Of a stretch of DNA of 64,000 bases, positions 48,267 to 58,578 are shown piece by piece (position 1 is the first letter of the stretch; each line of letters opens with the position of its first letter). Below the pieces are notes generated by a model. That model had not been told where the DNA came from, made no database searches, and saw only the letters and a list, made by a program, of their open reading frames with translations. Made by a program: the position numbers and the translations under genes. Source of the DNA: Candidatus Oxydemutatoraceae bacterium (GTDB taxonomy: Bacteria > Pseudomonadota > Gammaproteobacteria > Poriferisulfidales > Oxydemutatoraceae); assembly GCA_965211995.1 (NCBI GenBank), contig OZ243040.1, forward strand, positions 1,555,363 to 1,619,362. Reading direction: 5' to 3'.

Positions 48267-49432
48267 CGGCGCGGCTTTTGATCAATGAGATCAAGCCTGC
48301 GCGCCGCCAACTCGCGGACGCGCTCGTTGCGCGAGTCGGCCAACTCTTCGAGCAGGCGCCGCGCCGCCGTCAGATCGTCGCGCCCGTGATAGATATAGGC
48401 GAGTTTGAGCCGCGCGTCGTCGGCACGGTCCACGTTGGGGAAACGCTTGACGTATTGCTCGAAATAGCGTGCGGCCTGTTTAAACCGCTTCTCGGTGTAA
48501 TAGGACTCGGCGATCCAGTAGCGCGCTTTCGGCTCGTAGGTGCTGTCGGGGTAGGCATCGAGAAACCGCTGCAACGCCGCACGCAGACCGTCGTACTGGC
48601 TTTCGTCGAGATACGCGAGTGCGTCGAGATACGCCTCGCGCTCCTCGGCGCTGCCGCGCGCACGGCGACCGGCCAGTGCAAAACGCGGCTCTTCAGGCGG
48701 CGGTGTGCGTGCACGCGGCGCCTCGACGGTCTCCGCCTCTTGCTCCCCGGCGCCCGGCTGTGCCTCGGCGGTCGGCGTCCCGGCCGCTACCTGCGCTTCG
48801 CCGGACGATGCCTCGGCCAGCCCTTGCCCTTCGACGGGCGGTGCTTCGGCAGTTCCCCTTGCTTGCTCCCCGGCGGTTGGCTGTGCCCCAGCGGACGGCG
48901 TCCCGGCCGCTACCCGCGCTTCGCCGGACGGTGCCTCGGCCAGCCCTTGCCCTTCGCCGGGCGGTGCTTCGGCAGTCCCCCTTGCTTGCTCCCCGGCGGT
49001 TGGCTGTGCCCCAGCGGACGGCGTCCCGGTCGCTACCCGCGCTTCGCCGGACGATGCCTCGGCCAGCCCTTGCCCTTCGCCGGGCGGTGCTTCGGCAGTC
49101 CCCCTTGCTTGCTCCCCGGCGCCCGGCTGTGCCTCGGCGGTCGGCGTCCCGGCCGCTACCTGCGCTTCGCCGGACAATGCCTCGGCCGGCCCCCGCCCCT
49201 TAACGGACGACGGCGTAGAAAGCACGGCGGCGGCCGTGCGCACGCGCGGCTCTTTGCTGTCGATGCCGAGTTGGTCGAGCAGCGCTTCGAGGCGGTGGCG
49301 CAGGATCTCGTTTTCGTTTCTGATGCTGCTGACTTCGACGCGCAGTTTCCGCACCTGCTCAAGCAACTCGACGATCAGCGCGCCGTCGCCTTCCTGCGCC
49401 GCGGCGGGCGCAAGCAGCGCGCACAGCAACAT
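48263..49432 (-). CDS. cpoB: Tol-Pal system protein CpoB/YbgF (coiled coil plus TPR), with a long repetitive linker
   Basis: Signal peptide, N-terminal coiled coil, 4 x ~40-aa Ala/Gly/Glu-rich repeats, C-terminal TPR 'YEPKARYWIAESYY'. Confidence 0.75.
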   Translation of the reverse strand: MLLCALLAPAAAQEGDGALIVELLEQVRKLRVEVSSIRNENEILRHRLEALLDQLGIDSKEPRVRTAAAVLSTPSSVKGRGPAEALSGEAQVAAGTPTAEAQPGAGEQARGTAEAPPGEGQGLAEASSGEARVATGTPSAGAQPTAGEQARGTAEAPPGEGQGLAEAPSGEARVAAGTPSAGAQPTAGEQARGTAEAPPVEGQGLAEASSGEAQVAAGTPTAEAQPGAGEQEAETVEAPRARTPPPEEPRFALAGRRARGSAEEREAYLDALAYLDESQYDGLRAALQRFLDAYPDSTYEPKARYWIAESYYTEKRFKQAARYFEQYVKRFPNVDRADDARLKLAYIYHGRDDLTAARRLLEELADSRNERVRELAARRLDLIDQKPRR

Positions 49433-49455
49433 CGCGGCGGTCGTATGCCGGCGTC

Positions 49456-50775
49456 TCACCAGGTAAAAGGCGACCACGCAGCGCCGCGCACGTCCGACGC
49501 GGACAACGGAATCAGTTTGCCGAAGACGCCGTCGGTAGTCATCAACCCGAACGCGCTCTTGCCGCCGCGATCGGTGATGTAGCCGAGCAACTGACCGTTG
49601 GCGGTGAAACGCGGGCCTTCGGCGCCGGGGTTGAACACCAACTCCGACTCGTCGCCGTCCTTGCCGGTGAAGTCCTTGATCACGATCACGAAGCCCTTGC
49701 TGCGCCGGCTCAGAAAAGCGATCTGGTCGCCGCGCGGGGAAATGCTGGCGTCGGAGTTGTAAGTGCCGCGGAAAGTGATGCGGCGCGGCGCGGCGCCGTC
49801 GCTGTCAACCCGGTACAACTGCGGGCTGCCGCTGCGGTCGGAGGTGAAGACCAGCGTGCCGTCGGGCGCCCAGGTCGGCTCGGTGTCTATAAAAACGTTG
49901 TCGGTTACGCGCAGAATACGCTTGGACGCGAGTTCGATGACGTAAACGTCGGGGCTGCCGCCCGCCGAACTGACGTAGGCGAGGCGCTCGCCGTCGCCCG
50001 ACCAACTCGGCAAACTCGCCGGCGCGGTGCCCCCGCCGAGCATCTCACGCGCGCCGGTCGCAACCGTTTGCACCACGATCTCGGGCTGGCCGTTTTCATA
50101 CGACACGTAGGCGATCCGCTTGCGGTCGGGCGACCACGTCGGCGACATCAATTGGTGCGGAGAACTGTGAATCGCGTGGGCGTTGCGGCCGTCGGCGTCG
50201 CTGACGTACAAAGTGCTCCTGTGGCGGCGCCAACTGTAATGCTCGGCGCTGATGAACGCGATGCGGGTGCTGAAAATACCGGGGATGTCGGTGAGTTCCT
50301 TGTAGATCAGGTCGCTGATCTGATGCGCGACGCGATCCACCGTGCCGCCGGAGTCAATGACGAATTCCTTCAGGCGCTTGCCGCGCACCGCGTCGTGCAA
50401 TTCAAAGTGGACCTGCCCGTCTTGCGCGATCGCGCCGATGATGACTTTTTCAACGCCGTGGATGAGCCACACGCCGTAGTCGAGATCGCTGCCGAGCAGC
50501 GGCGACTCCGATACGCCGGCGTCAATGAGCAAGAACAGGCCGCTGTAGGCGAGATCGTCGGCGACGATGCGGTGGTAGTTGCGGTCGAGCCCCTCGGGTT
50601 CACCGCGAAACGGCGACACCGCGATGGGCACGCCGCCTTCGACGCCTTCGGTGACCTCGATTTTGAGTTCGGCGGGCGCCGGCAACGCCGACACCAGCCC
50701 GTATAACAAGGCACACGGCAGAACGCATCGCCGCGCGGCTTCAGTACTCCTGGCGAAAAGTAATTTCAACTTCAT
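49456..50775 (-). CDS. tolB: Tol-Pal system beta-propeller protein TolB
   Basis: 439 aa with a typical TolB sequence. Confidence 0.9.
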   Translation of the reverse strand: MKLKLLFARSTEAARRCVLPCALLYGLVSALPAPAELKIEVTEGVEGGVPIAVSPFRGEPEGLDRNYHRIVADDLAYSGLFLLIDAGVSESPLLGSDLDYGVWLIHGVEKVIIGAIAQDGQVHFELHDAVRGKRLKEFVIDSGGTVDRVAHQISDLIYKELTDIPGIFSTRIAFISAEHYSWRRHRSTLYVSDADGRNAHAIHSSPHQLMSPTWSPDRKRIAYVSYENGQPEIVVQTVATGAREMLGGGTAPASLPSWSGDGERLAYVSSAGGSPDVYVIELASKRILRVTDNVFIDTEPTWAPDGTLVFTSDRSGSPQLYRVDSDGAAPRRITFRGTYNSDASISPRGDQIAFLSRRSKGFVIVIKDFTGKDGDESELVFNPGAEGPRFTANGQLLGYITDRGGKSAFGLMTTDGVFGKLIPLSASDVRGAAWSPFTW

Positions 50776-51943
50776 GGTCGAACACGTCCCACGAGGGCGG
50801 AGACGGTAACGGGTTTGATTTCCATACTGCGTCTTCCACCGAGAGCATGTAAAAACGATCCCCCTTGCAACTGATCACTTGTACGCTCTCAATGTTACCA
50901 CTGCGATCCTGCCGCAACTTAACGACGCAATCGCCGCCTTTGACGCTCGCGGGCGGGCGCGTCCAGTGGGTTTCGATGCTGCGGCGAATACTCTGAGCGT
51001 ATTCTTTGGTCAAGGCCGTGATCTTCGCGCGCCTGATGCGTGCCTGTTCTTCGGCCTCGGCCTGGCGCCGCGCTTCCTCGGCCAGGCGCTTTTGCTCCTC
51101 CTCCAACTTGCGCTGCGCTTCCTCGGCCAGGCGTTGCTTCTCCTCCTCGGCCTGGCGCCGCGCTTCCTCGGCGAGACGCTGCTTCTCCTCCTCCAACTTG
51201 CGCTGCGCTTCCTCGGCCAGGCGCTTTTGCTCCTCCTCCAACTTGTGCTGCGCTTCCTCGGCGAGGCGCTGCTTCTCCTCCTCCAACTTGCGCTGCGCTT
51301 CCTCGGCCAGGCGTTGCTGTTCTTCCCCCAACTTGTGCTGCGCTTCCTCGGTGAAACGCTTTTGTTCTTCCTCGGCCTTGCGCCGCGCTTCTTCGGCCAG
51401 GCGCTTTTGTTCTCCCTCAAGTTTGTGCTGCGCTTCCTCGGCGAGACGCTTTTGTTCTCCCTCGAGTTTGTGCTGCGCTTCCTCGGCGAGGCGCTTTTGT
51501 TCTCCCTCGAGTTTACGCTGCGCTTCCTCGGCTAAACGCTTTTGCTCCTCCTCGGCCTCGGTGCGCGCCTGCCTGGACTGCGCTTCCTGTTCGAGCCGGG
51601 CTTGTTCAAGGCGCTTTTGCTCTCCTTCGGCTTTGAGCCGCGCCTGTTCGAGACGCTTTTTCTCCTCTTCGGCCGCGCGCCGCGCTTCCTCCTGCGCACG
51701 CCGCCGCGCCTCATCCGCTTCACGCTGCCTGCGCTCCCTGTCGCGCTTTTGCTGCAACATTTGCTCGATTTCCTGGGGGCTTACCGCGGTCGCCTCGATG
51801 ACCGGGCGCGGGGCGGACACGGGTTTCGACACCGATACCAGCGACGGGCCGATACTGAATGCCGCGAGAGCGACCAGAGCGAGATGGATCAGAATCGAAG
51901 CGATCAGCGACTTTTGCTGCCGCCGGCGGCCACGCTTTTTCAT
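50741..51943 (-). CDS. tolA: TolA
   Basis: N-terminal TM helix, long 'EEAQRKLEEEQKRLAEEA' helical repeats, C-terminal TolA domain. Confidence 0.8.
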   Translation of the reverse strand: MKKRGRRRQQKSLIASILIHLALVALAAFSIGPSLVSVSKPVSAPRPVIEATAVSPQEIEQMLQQKRDRERRQREADEARRRAQEEARRAAEEEKKRLEQARLKAEGEQKRLEQARLEQEAQSRQARTEAEEEQKRLAEEAQRKLEGEQKRLAEEAQHKLEGEQKRLAEEAQHKLEGEQKRLAEEARRKAEEEQKRFTEEAQHKLGEEQQRLAEEAQRKLEEEKQRLAEEAQHKLEEEQKRLAEEAQRKLEEEKQRLAEEARRQAEEEKQRLAEEAQRKLEEEQKRLAEEARRQAEAEEQARIRRAKITALTKEYAQSIRRSIETHWTRPPASVKGGDCVVKLRQDRSGNIESVQVISCKGDRFYMLSVEDAVWKSNPLPSPPSWDVFDHEVEITFRQEY

Positions 51944-52374
51944 TGCGGCGCCGCGTCCTCCGGCGGTTCGGTGATCAAACCGATGTTTTCAGCGCCGGCG
52001 GTTTGCAGAAGCACCATTGCGGCGACGACGTTGCCGTACGACGTGCCGCGGTCGCCGCGCACGTAGGCGACGCCGCTCTGGTCGGGCAGCAGCACGTACA
52101 ACTGGCGCAGCACGAAGTCGGGCGACAGCGGCTGGTTGGCGGCTTCGCCCTTGTTGAGCAGGATCTGGCCGCGGCGGTTGACCGTGACGATCAGCGGGTC
52201 GGGCGCTTCGCTGCCTTCGAGCGGGCGCGCCTGCGCCTGCGGCAACTCGATCTTGATCCCCTGCTGGATCAGCGGCACCGTCACCATGAAGATCACCAAC
52301 AGCACCAGCATCACGTCTATATAAGGCACGATGTTGATCTCGGCCATAAGTTTGCGGTCGCGGTAAACCGACAT
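51940..52374 (-). CDS. tolR: TolR (ExbD family)
   Basis: 144 aa; 'NIVPYIDVMLVLLVIFMV'. Confidence 0.9.
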   Translation of the reverse strand: MSVYRDRKLMAEINIVPYIDVMLVLLVIFMVTVPLIQQGIKIELPQAQARPLEGSEAPDPLIVTVNRRGQILLNKGEAANQPLSPDFVLRQLYVLLPDQSGVAYVRGDRGTSYGNVVAAMVLLQTAGAENIGLITEPPEDAAPQ

Positions 52375-52384
52375 CAGCCGACCT

Positions 52385-53080
52385 TTACTCCACGCTCGCG
52401 GCGGCGCGCCCCGGCACCTGCTTGCTGAGGAGGGTGGTGAATTCCTCGAGGAAATTGTCGTAGCGCGAGACCAGCCGCTCGACGCGGTCGCGGAAGCGGT
52501 TGTAGGCGATGACCGCGGGGATCGCCGCGAACAGCCCCATCGCAGTCGCGATCAACGCCTCGGCGATGCCGGGCGCGACCAGCGACAGCGTCGCGTACTG
52601 CACGTCCCGCAACGCGAGGAACGCGTCCATAATGCCCCACACCGTGCCGAACAAGCCGACGTAGGGCGCGGTCGAACCGACCGTCGCGAGAAAGTTCAAC
52701 TGGCTTTCCATGTCTTCTATCTCGCGCGACAACGCGACCTTCATCACCTTCACCGAAGTCAAGGAAAGCATCTCCATGGATACCGTGCGCTCCTTGTGCA
52801 GGCGCATGTATTCCTTGAACCCCTCGCAAAAGATCGCCGCCATGCCCGAGTCGCGCCCTTCCTTTTGCACCTCGCCGTACAACTGCGACAGATCCGACCC
52901 CGACCAGAAGCGCTCCTCGAAACCGTCCGCGGCCACTTTCATGCTTTTCAGTTCGCGCCATTTATTCAAAATGAAAGACCAACTGATCACCGAGGCCAGC
53001 ACCAGGATGAGCATAACCAGTTGCACCACGAAAGTGGCGTCAAGAATCAGGCTCAAAAAATCTAGATCCGCTTGTATCAA
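52385..53080 (-). CDS. tolQ: TolQ (MotA/ExbB family)
   Basis: 231 aa with a typical TolQ sequence. Confidence 0.9.
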   Translation of the reverse strand: MIQADLDFLSLILDATFVVQLVMLILVLASVISWSFILNKWRELKSMKVAADGFEERFWSGSDLSQLYGEVQKEGRDSGMAAIFCEGFKEYMRLHKERTVSMEMLSLTSVKVMKVALSREIEDMESQLNFLATVGSTAPYVGLFGTVWGIMDAFLALRDVQYATLSLVAPGIAEALIATAMGLFAAIPAVIAYNRFRDRVERLVSRYDNFLEEFTTLLSKQVPGRAAASVE

Positions 53081-54112
53081 ACTCTCAACGTCTCCTGGGT
53101 GAGCGGCCGCTGCGCCGCAAAAGTGCTGCTGCTATAACGGCCCATTTTCCTACAAACCGCAGCGCAGGTCATCCCCGCGTAATCAAAGAAGCGCCGTCTC
53201 CGCAAAAAGTGCGATATCCCGCATGACGCTGCGGCGGCTTTCAGTCCGAAACTGCCTCAATTCAAAAGCATGAGGCACTTCTCCGAATCGGAGGAGACAC
53301 CTTGCAAACCCGCCGCATTCGGCCACCGCCTCAGGGGATTTTACCGCGTTGGCACCTTCCGGCTCGAAGTGCGGCAAAAATAAGGGAGACAAGTGCCCTG
53401 TTTGTCCCCCCGCCTGTTACCAACCGGAGGACTGAATCGGCGCCTGCAGGCACCAATCCTTTCCGCACCGTACCACGGTTCAAGTGTTGCTCGACGCCGG
53501 GTATTCCCAGGCCTGCATCGCCAATCCATCAACTGCCGCCGCTCCCCCCCGCTCCGGGAGATCAAGCGCAACCGCACCGCCGCCGCCATAAGTTCGGAAA
53601 CGGGCCGAAGCCGGAACATCGCGCCGGTCGCGTGGCGCGCAAAGAGCGGTTATGCGGACGGCGCCCTCCACGGTCGCCCCGCGATCGTGGGCCAACGGTC
53701 GCCTCTCGGCGACCGGGAAATAAAAGGATGCGATTTTGTGGGAGAACCTCCGGCCCTGTGGCTGGATTGACCGTCCAAAACATACAAAATCACGCCCTGT
53801 GCAAGTTGCCGCGGTGAACCACTGCTGTTGTGCATCAAATGGGTGAAATGGCGGGACGGGCAGCGCGAATCAGGCATACCCTAACTGTTAGAAGTTAACT
53901 GGTTGTTAGTAATGATTCCCATGCACCATGGTATCTGGAAGATTTAATTTACTAACAGCACAAACATCGAAAAACCCAACAACCTCATTTGGCTTAATTG
54001 CTACTCCACCAAAGCCATCATATCCCCCGCCACCACACCACCACCCGCTCTCCGACCACCGCGGGGACTAGAGGTGGTTTAGGCCCTGCTGAAGTCGGGC
54101 AACCCCTGACGG

Positions 54113-54937
54113 TCATTGCTTTTCCATGACCGCAACCGAGTAAAAATTAAGCACCGCCATAGGCTCCTCCGCTCCGGGGGAGTATTCTTCACGAAGATTT
54201 TTCATCAGCCGGTCTTCGACCACTTTCAGCGGGGTTTTTTGTTCCAGCACCTTCAGGTCGTCAAAGCCGGTGACCCAGGTGGCGGACATTTTATCGAAGA
54301 ATTCGGCGGCTTTTGTTATTGAATCAAAGCCGCTGGTGCGCATGACCATGCACTTGTCCAGGTAGTCAAAGGTGACCGCGAAGCGGGCGAGGTTGTCGCA
54401 GAAATCATTCAGCAGGCGAACGACTGTTTCTTCGGGGAGATACATCGTGTTGCCCTCCCAGGTAATCAGCGTCGGCGCGTCCGGGTCAAGGCCCTGCGCG
54501 GCCAGTTTGGCGAACAAATCTTCGTCCGCGTAGTTGCACGGCACGAAGTTTGCGCGGTAAGGGATGTTGTTTTTCTCTATGACCTGCTGTTTGAAGGCCA
54601 GCACCGCGCTTTGATCGACGTCAAAGAAAACCACGTCGTCGTCTTGATAACCACCGGCGCGCATGTCAAAGCCGCTGCCCAGCATGATTACCTGGCGAAC
54701 GCCGCCGGTGACCGCATCGGCGGTTTTGTCGCCGAAGAATTTTATCCGGTAGCGAATCATTTCACGCCCTTCCGGCAGCACCTTTTCGAAGTCGAGCGCT
54801 TTTTGTATCACCTGTTCATTGACAAAAAACTCCGAATACCCGTCCTCAAAGAGCGGTGCATCCGCGTCCTTTTCCAGCGCACGGTAGGCGGCGATGATGA
54901 ATGCGGTCGCACCGATTTCGTTGATAATGTCTTTCAT
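54113..54937 (-). CDS. class I SAM-dependent methyltransferase (leucine carboxyl/TcmP-like O-methyltransferase family)
   Basis: 'VIMLGSGFDMRA' and 'WEGNTMYL' are LCM-family motifs; intermediate GC; next to the IS element. Confidence 0.65.
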   Translation of the reverse strand: MKDIINEIGATAFIIAAYRALEKDADAPLFEDGYSEFFVNEQVIQKALDFEKVLPEGREMIRYRIKFFGDKTADAVTGGVRQVIMLGSGFDMRAGGYQDDDVVFFDVDQSAVLAFKQQVIEKNNIPYRANFVPCNYADEDLFAKLAAQGLDPDAPTLITWEGNTMYLPEETVVRLLNDFCDNLARFAVTFDYLDKCMVMRTSGFDSITKAAEFFDKMSATWVTGFDDLKVLEQKTPLKVVEDRLMKNLREEYSPGAEEPMAVLNFYSVAVMEKQ

Positions 54938-55029
54938 GTGGTTACCTCTTGTTTATTTGGCAACGTTGCCGCTCAAATACTCCAAAGTCTCTTTCACTCT
55001 GTTCACCGCTATGCCGAACAATTTGATCT

Positions 55030-55763
55030 GGGTTCAAGATACTTTAAGCGGTCTATTTCGTATAGATTTCAGCAGGTATTGATACATATTTTCGTGGCGC
55101 ATATTGAAGCGAAACTCACACTCTTTCAAGTGGCAATAAAACCTCTGTATGTGAATACCCCGAAAGCGGGCAAGGCGCACCTTGCAAAGCCCCCGGAAGT
55201 TCCCGATGCCGTTGATATGGCGGCTACCTTGCGCGAACTCGTTGTGGCTGTGTCTGATGCGGTAATGTTGCTTATAGCCGAGGTCGGCGAGACCGTCTCA
55301 GGTTCTAAATCCATCGCTATAAACCGCCATCTGCTTACTGGCCTTGCCCTTGTTAATCGGCAGGATTTCAGCCATAGAGCAGTTTTTAACCACTTGGCCT
55401 TGCCGCCACGCTTGAACATGCCGAACACCGGCGTTTTTCCGGCAGCACCGCGCCCGCGCCTGCCGCGTACCCGGCGGGGCCCGAAGTATCTTTCATCCAA
55501 CTCAACCGCCCCCTCGCCAAAGGGGCTGGCGCGCTCGCATTCATGGGCGATGTGTTGTCTGATATGGTGGAACAAGCGGTTTGCCTCAGGGTGGTTGATG
55601 CCTGCGATTTGGGCGACTTTGCAGGCCTCGATATCCAGGCAAAACAGGCGCAAAGTCTGCCGGAATTTAGCCGCGGAAATTCGTGAACGAAGGATATACT
55701 TGTTTTTCATTTATGGGACAATAAGTTACATTCATTTTAGTATATCTTAAAGTGTCTTGAACC
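55030..55763 (-). mobile_element. IS1595-family element, internally deleted (~734 bp), with 17-bp terminal inverted repeats
   Basis: Inverted repeats 'ggttcaagatactttaa' at 55030 and 'ttaaagtgtcttgaacc' at 55747; encodes only the transposase N-terminus. Confidence 0.7.
55126..55710 (-). pseudogene. IS1595-family transposase, truncated or frameshifted
   Basis: 'MKNKYILRSRISAAKFRQTLRLFCLDIEACKVAQIAGINHPEANRLFHHIRQHIAHEC' matches the IS1595 (ISXO2-like) transposase N-terminus; the remainder of the ORF is out of frame. Confidence 0.65.
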
Positions 55764-55832
55764 TAAATTAATTCATAGGCAGAAATAAAATTCACTAGTA
55801 TCATTGCAATTATTATCAAACGAGTAACCAAA

Positions 55833-57842
55833 ATGCCAGCACTAGGATTGGGCCGCGAGAGACCCGCGGACTACATAAATATCAGCAAGACAATCGCGGA
55901 TACATATCCGTCAGGGTTGGCGCATGGACTCCAAAAAGATGCTATTCAGAACTCTGTGGATGCAAGGAGTAGTAAATCGTTGCCGATAAAAGTTGAATTT
56001 AATGTTGTGCGGAACGCTAATGGCGTGTTTTTGACAATAACTGATTCAAACACGACCGGGCTCACTGGTGATGTCATACACGATATTGAAGATTATCGGC
56101 ATTTACAACGAGATGATCATTGGGCGCGGTTTGAGTCTTTTGCTTTCACGAAAGTAGATGCTGATGCCCTTGGGGCTAGAGGGCAGGGTAAATTCATCTT
56201 TCTTTATGCATCCCAAAATCACAAAATGTTTTACGACACCCTAAGGAAAGACAGTATCTATAGACTCGGCGCAACACAAGCTACCGATATAGGATGTCCA
56301 ATTTTCCCCGGCAGTGAAGAAAAACCGTGGGAAAGTCATATTGCCCGGGAAAGATTAAGCGAACACTGCGGCCTGGTGCCTCTACGAGAGATTGGGACAA
56401 GAGTTATCATTTGTGCTCCTAAGCAAGAGGTTTTGGACGCAATTGACAGTGGGGAAATGGAGAGAGCCATCCAGGAAACATGGTTTCGATTAATACAAAA
56501 GAAACAATTGGAGGTAACTTTACATACAAAGGGGCAGATCAAAACAATAGAGTTACCAAATATCTATACGCTTCCCCAAAATGACTCAAGCACTCATAAA
56601 GTTTGGATTTACGGTCAAGATTTTAACGAAAGGGAAATCAAACTCCTTTCCGGCGAAAATTACAAAATCAAGAACTTTCACGTCGTATACCTAAAAAAAG
56701 AAACGGTGCCGGAAGATTTGCAGGGAATAACTTTGGTGCAAAACGGCATGAAAATCACGTCTCTGCCTATGGCAATGGCCCCGACAGATATCAAGGAGAA
56801 AATTACCGGCTACATAGAATTTGGCCGTGACCTTGACAGAGAATTGCGAAAGGGAAAAAACCAACTCCCGAATCACTATGATTTGAAGTGGAGATCAGCT
56901 CTTCCTCGTAGCATTAAAGCATTTATAACAAACCAACTAGATGCTTTTGGAACATCTAAGCTTGGTTTAGGTGAAGATCCTCGTCAGCGAAAAAATCGAC
57001 GGAGAAACGATGCCGAAGATTGGGCAATGCGACAATTACAACAATACGCAAGGGACTTGAATTTACTTGGCCCCCACAAACCCAGACCGGGGTCGGACCC
57101 GCCGCGTCCCCCTATTCCACCGCCACATAAAGATAGAGGTTTGTCTTTCAAGGATTTTTTGATTCCTAACGAGGGGTTCCGCGTTAATTGGGGGCAACAA
57201 GTTACGTTTTCCCTATGGGGCTTCAACAAAACCTCAGAGGCTGTAGAATATAAAATATCGTTGAGGGTGCTCCATGCCGACTCGGAAATTGTCAAATTGC
57301 TTGATAGTGAATCCCTTACACTTGATGCCAATTCAAGAAAACAAATCAGCGATTCTTCTTTCACCCTTGCCATTGAAAAGCCTCAATATGAAAACGTCGG
57401 CGAGTATAGAGTTAAGGCTACCTTGATCAATGCCGAGACGGGTGAAGAGGTGGATACGCTCACGCGAAAATTCTGGGTGGAAAGCAATCCGCCCATGCGT
57501 CAGCCTTTTGAGTTGAAAGCATCCCTATTTCCACCGGATTTAACGCTTGCTTGGTCAGCAGATGTTAATAATATGATGTTACTCTACAATACCAATCATC
57601 CGGAATATCGTTCTGCGGAAAAAAACGAGGACACACAAACGGATTATTTGCTAAAAATTTGCTTGGAAGGCGCCCTACATTTTGTGTTGGCGAAAACGTT
57701 CGAGGATGCCCCGGATTATGCTCCGTTGGACACAAACACCATTATGCAGAGTGACAAAGACATAATTCCGGAAAAGACTTACGCTGAGGTTATGGCATAC
57801 ATATCCAAAATACGCTGGAAAATTTACGAAGATGGGAGCTAA
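55833..57842 (+). CDS. GHKL-superfamily ATPase (MutL/MORC/Hsp90-like Bergerat fold) with a ~480-aa C-terminal region of unknown function
   Basis: N-box 'LQKDAIQNSVDA', G1 'ITDSNTTGLTGD', G2 'LGARGQGKFIFL'; low GC; 669 aa. Confidence 0.7.
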   Translation: MPALGLGRERPADYINISKTIADTYPSGLAHGLQKDAIQNSVDARSSKSLPIKVEFNVVRNANGVFLTITDSNTTGLTGDVIHDIEDYRHLQRDDHWARFESFAFTKVDADALGARGQGKFIFLYASQNHKMFYDTLRKDSIYRLGATQATDIGCPIFPGSEEKPWESHIARERLSEHCGLVPLREIGTRVIICAPKQEVLDAIDSGEMERAIQETWFRLIQKKQLEVTLHTKGQIKTIELPNIYTLPQNDSSTHKVWIYGQDFNEREIKLLSGENYKIKNFHVVYLKKETVPEDLQGITLVQNGMKITSLPMAMAPTDIKEKITGYIEFGRDLDRELRKGKNQLPNHYDLKWRSALPRSIKAFITNQLDAFGTSKLGLGEDPRQRKNRRRNDAEDWAMRQLQQYARDLNLLGPHKPRPGSDPPRPPIPPPHKDRGLSFKDFLIPNEGFRVNWGQQVTFSLWGFNKTSEAVEYKISLRVLHADSEIVKLLDSESLTLDANSRKQISDSSFTLAIEKPQYENVGEYRVKATLINAETGEEVDTLTRKFWVESNPPMRQPFELKASLFPPDLTLAWSADVNNMMLLYNTNHPEYRSAEKNEDTQTDYLLKICLEGALHFVLAKTFEDAPDYAPLDTNTIMQSDKDIIPEKTYAEVMAYISKIRWKIYEDGS

Positions 57843-57844
57843 TC

Positions 57845-58537
57845 ATGGCAGTTATACTCCGTGAACAAGTCGCATTGAGGGGCAAAACGAGTGAAATTAA
57901 AACATTTCACCCTTCCGGGGCATTGTCCAAAACTGACCGGGAGCGTGCAGAAAATCTGGACGCTTTTCTTGAAAGGGAAATACCCAAAGTAGTCGAACGC
58001 ATCATAAATCAGGTGACTTTGGCCAAAAACGACACGTCTTTGTTTAGATGGTATCTCTTCGGGAAGGAATTGAGAAAAATTACCGACAATGAACTGGTTT
58101 TATCACTGGATGTGAAAAGTGGAATTATCTGGGAAGCCGTATGGCAACATTTGCCGAATTCTTTTAAACCGCATGGTACCAGAACGGAAAAGAATCTGTT
58201 TTCAAAAAAACGGGTCCAAGGTAGGGACCATCTCTCTATATGCTACACGCTAGGCCAGTACGACGAGAAAGATATCCTGTGGATTCGTCGCTGGGATGAT
58301 TGGTGTCAAATCTATTACAGAACGGGAATTCTTGAAGACAAACGAGTATTTGAATCCCTTAGGGAAGAAATCCAGAAACTGAACGAGTATCCGAAAAAGG
58401 ATATTTTCAGGGGAATTGTTTCTAATATTTCCCAATGCTTTCCGCAGAAGGCTGGCAAAAAAGTACACACCAGCGTTCTGGCCAAGACAGTGATTAGAAA
58501 GCGCGTTCACGATAGTGCAATGCAAGCCTATAAATAA
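57845..58537 (+). CDS. hypothetical protein (230 aa), translationally coupled to the GHKL ATPase gene
   Basis: ATG 3 nt after the upstream stop; low GC; no recognisable motif. Confidence 0.5.
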   Translation: MAVILREQVALRGKTSEIKTFHPSGALSKTDRERAENLDAFLEREIPKVVERIINQVTLAKNDTSLFRWYLFGKELRKITDNELVLSLDVKSGIIWEAVWQHLPNSFKPHGTRTEKNLFSKKRVQGRDHLSICYTLGQYDEKDILWIRRWDDWCQIYYRTGILEDKRVFESLREEIQKLNEYPKKDIFRGIVSNISQCFPQKAGKKVHTSVLAKTVIRKRVHDSAMQAYK

Positions 58538-58578
58538 ATCCTGCAAATTCGAGATATTAATATTGGCCTGCCAGGCTC

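Noticed and set aside
51006-51974. 322-aa Ser/Cys/Ala-rich plus-strand ORF
   Set aside because: It is antisense to the repetitive tolA gene and therefore an artefact.
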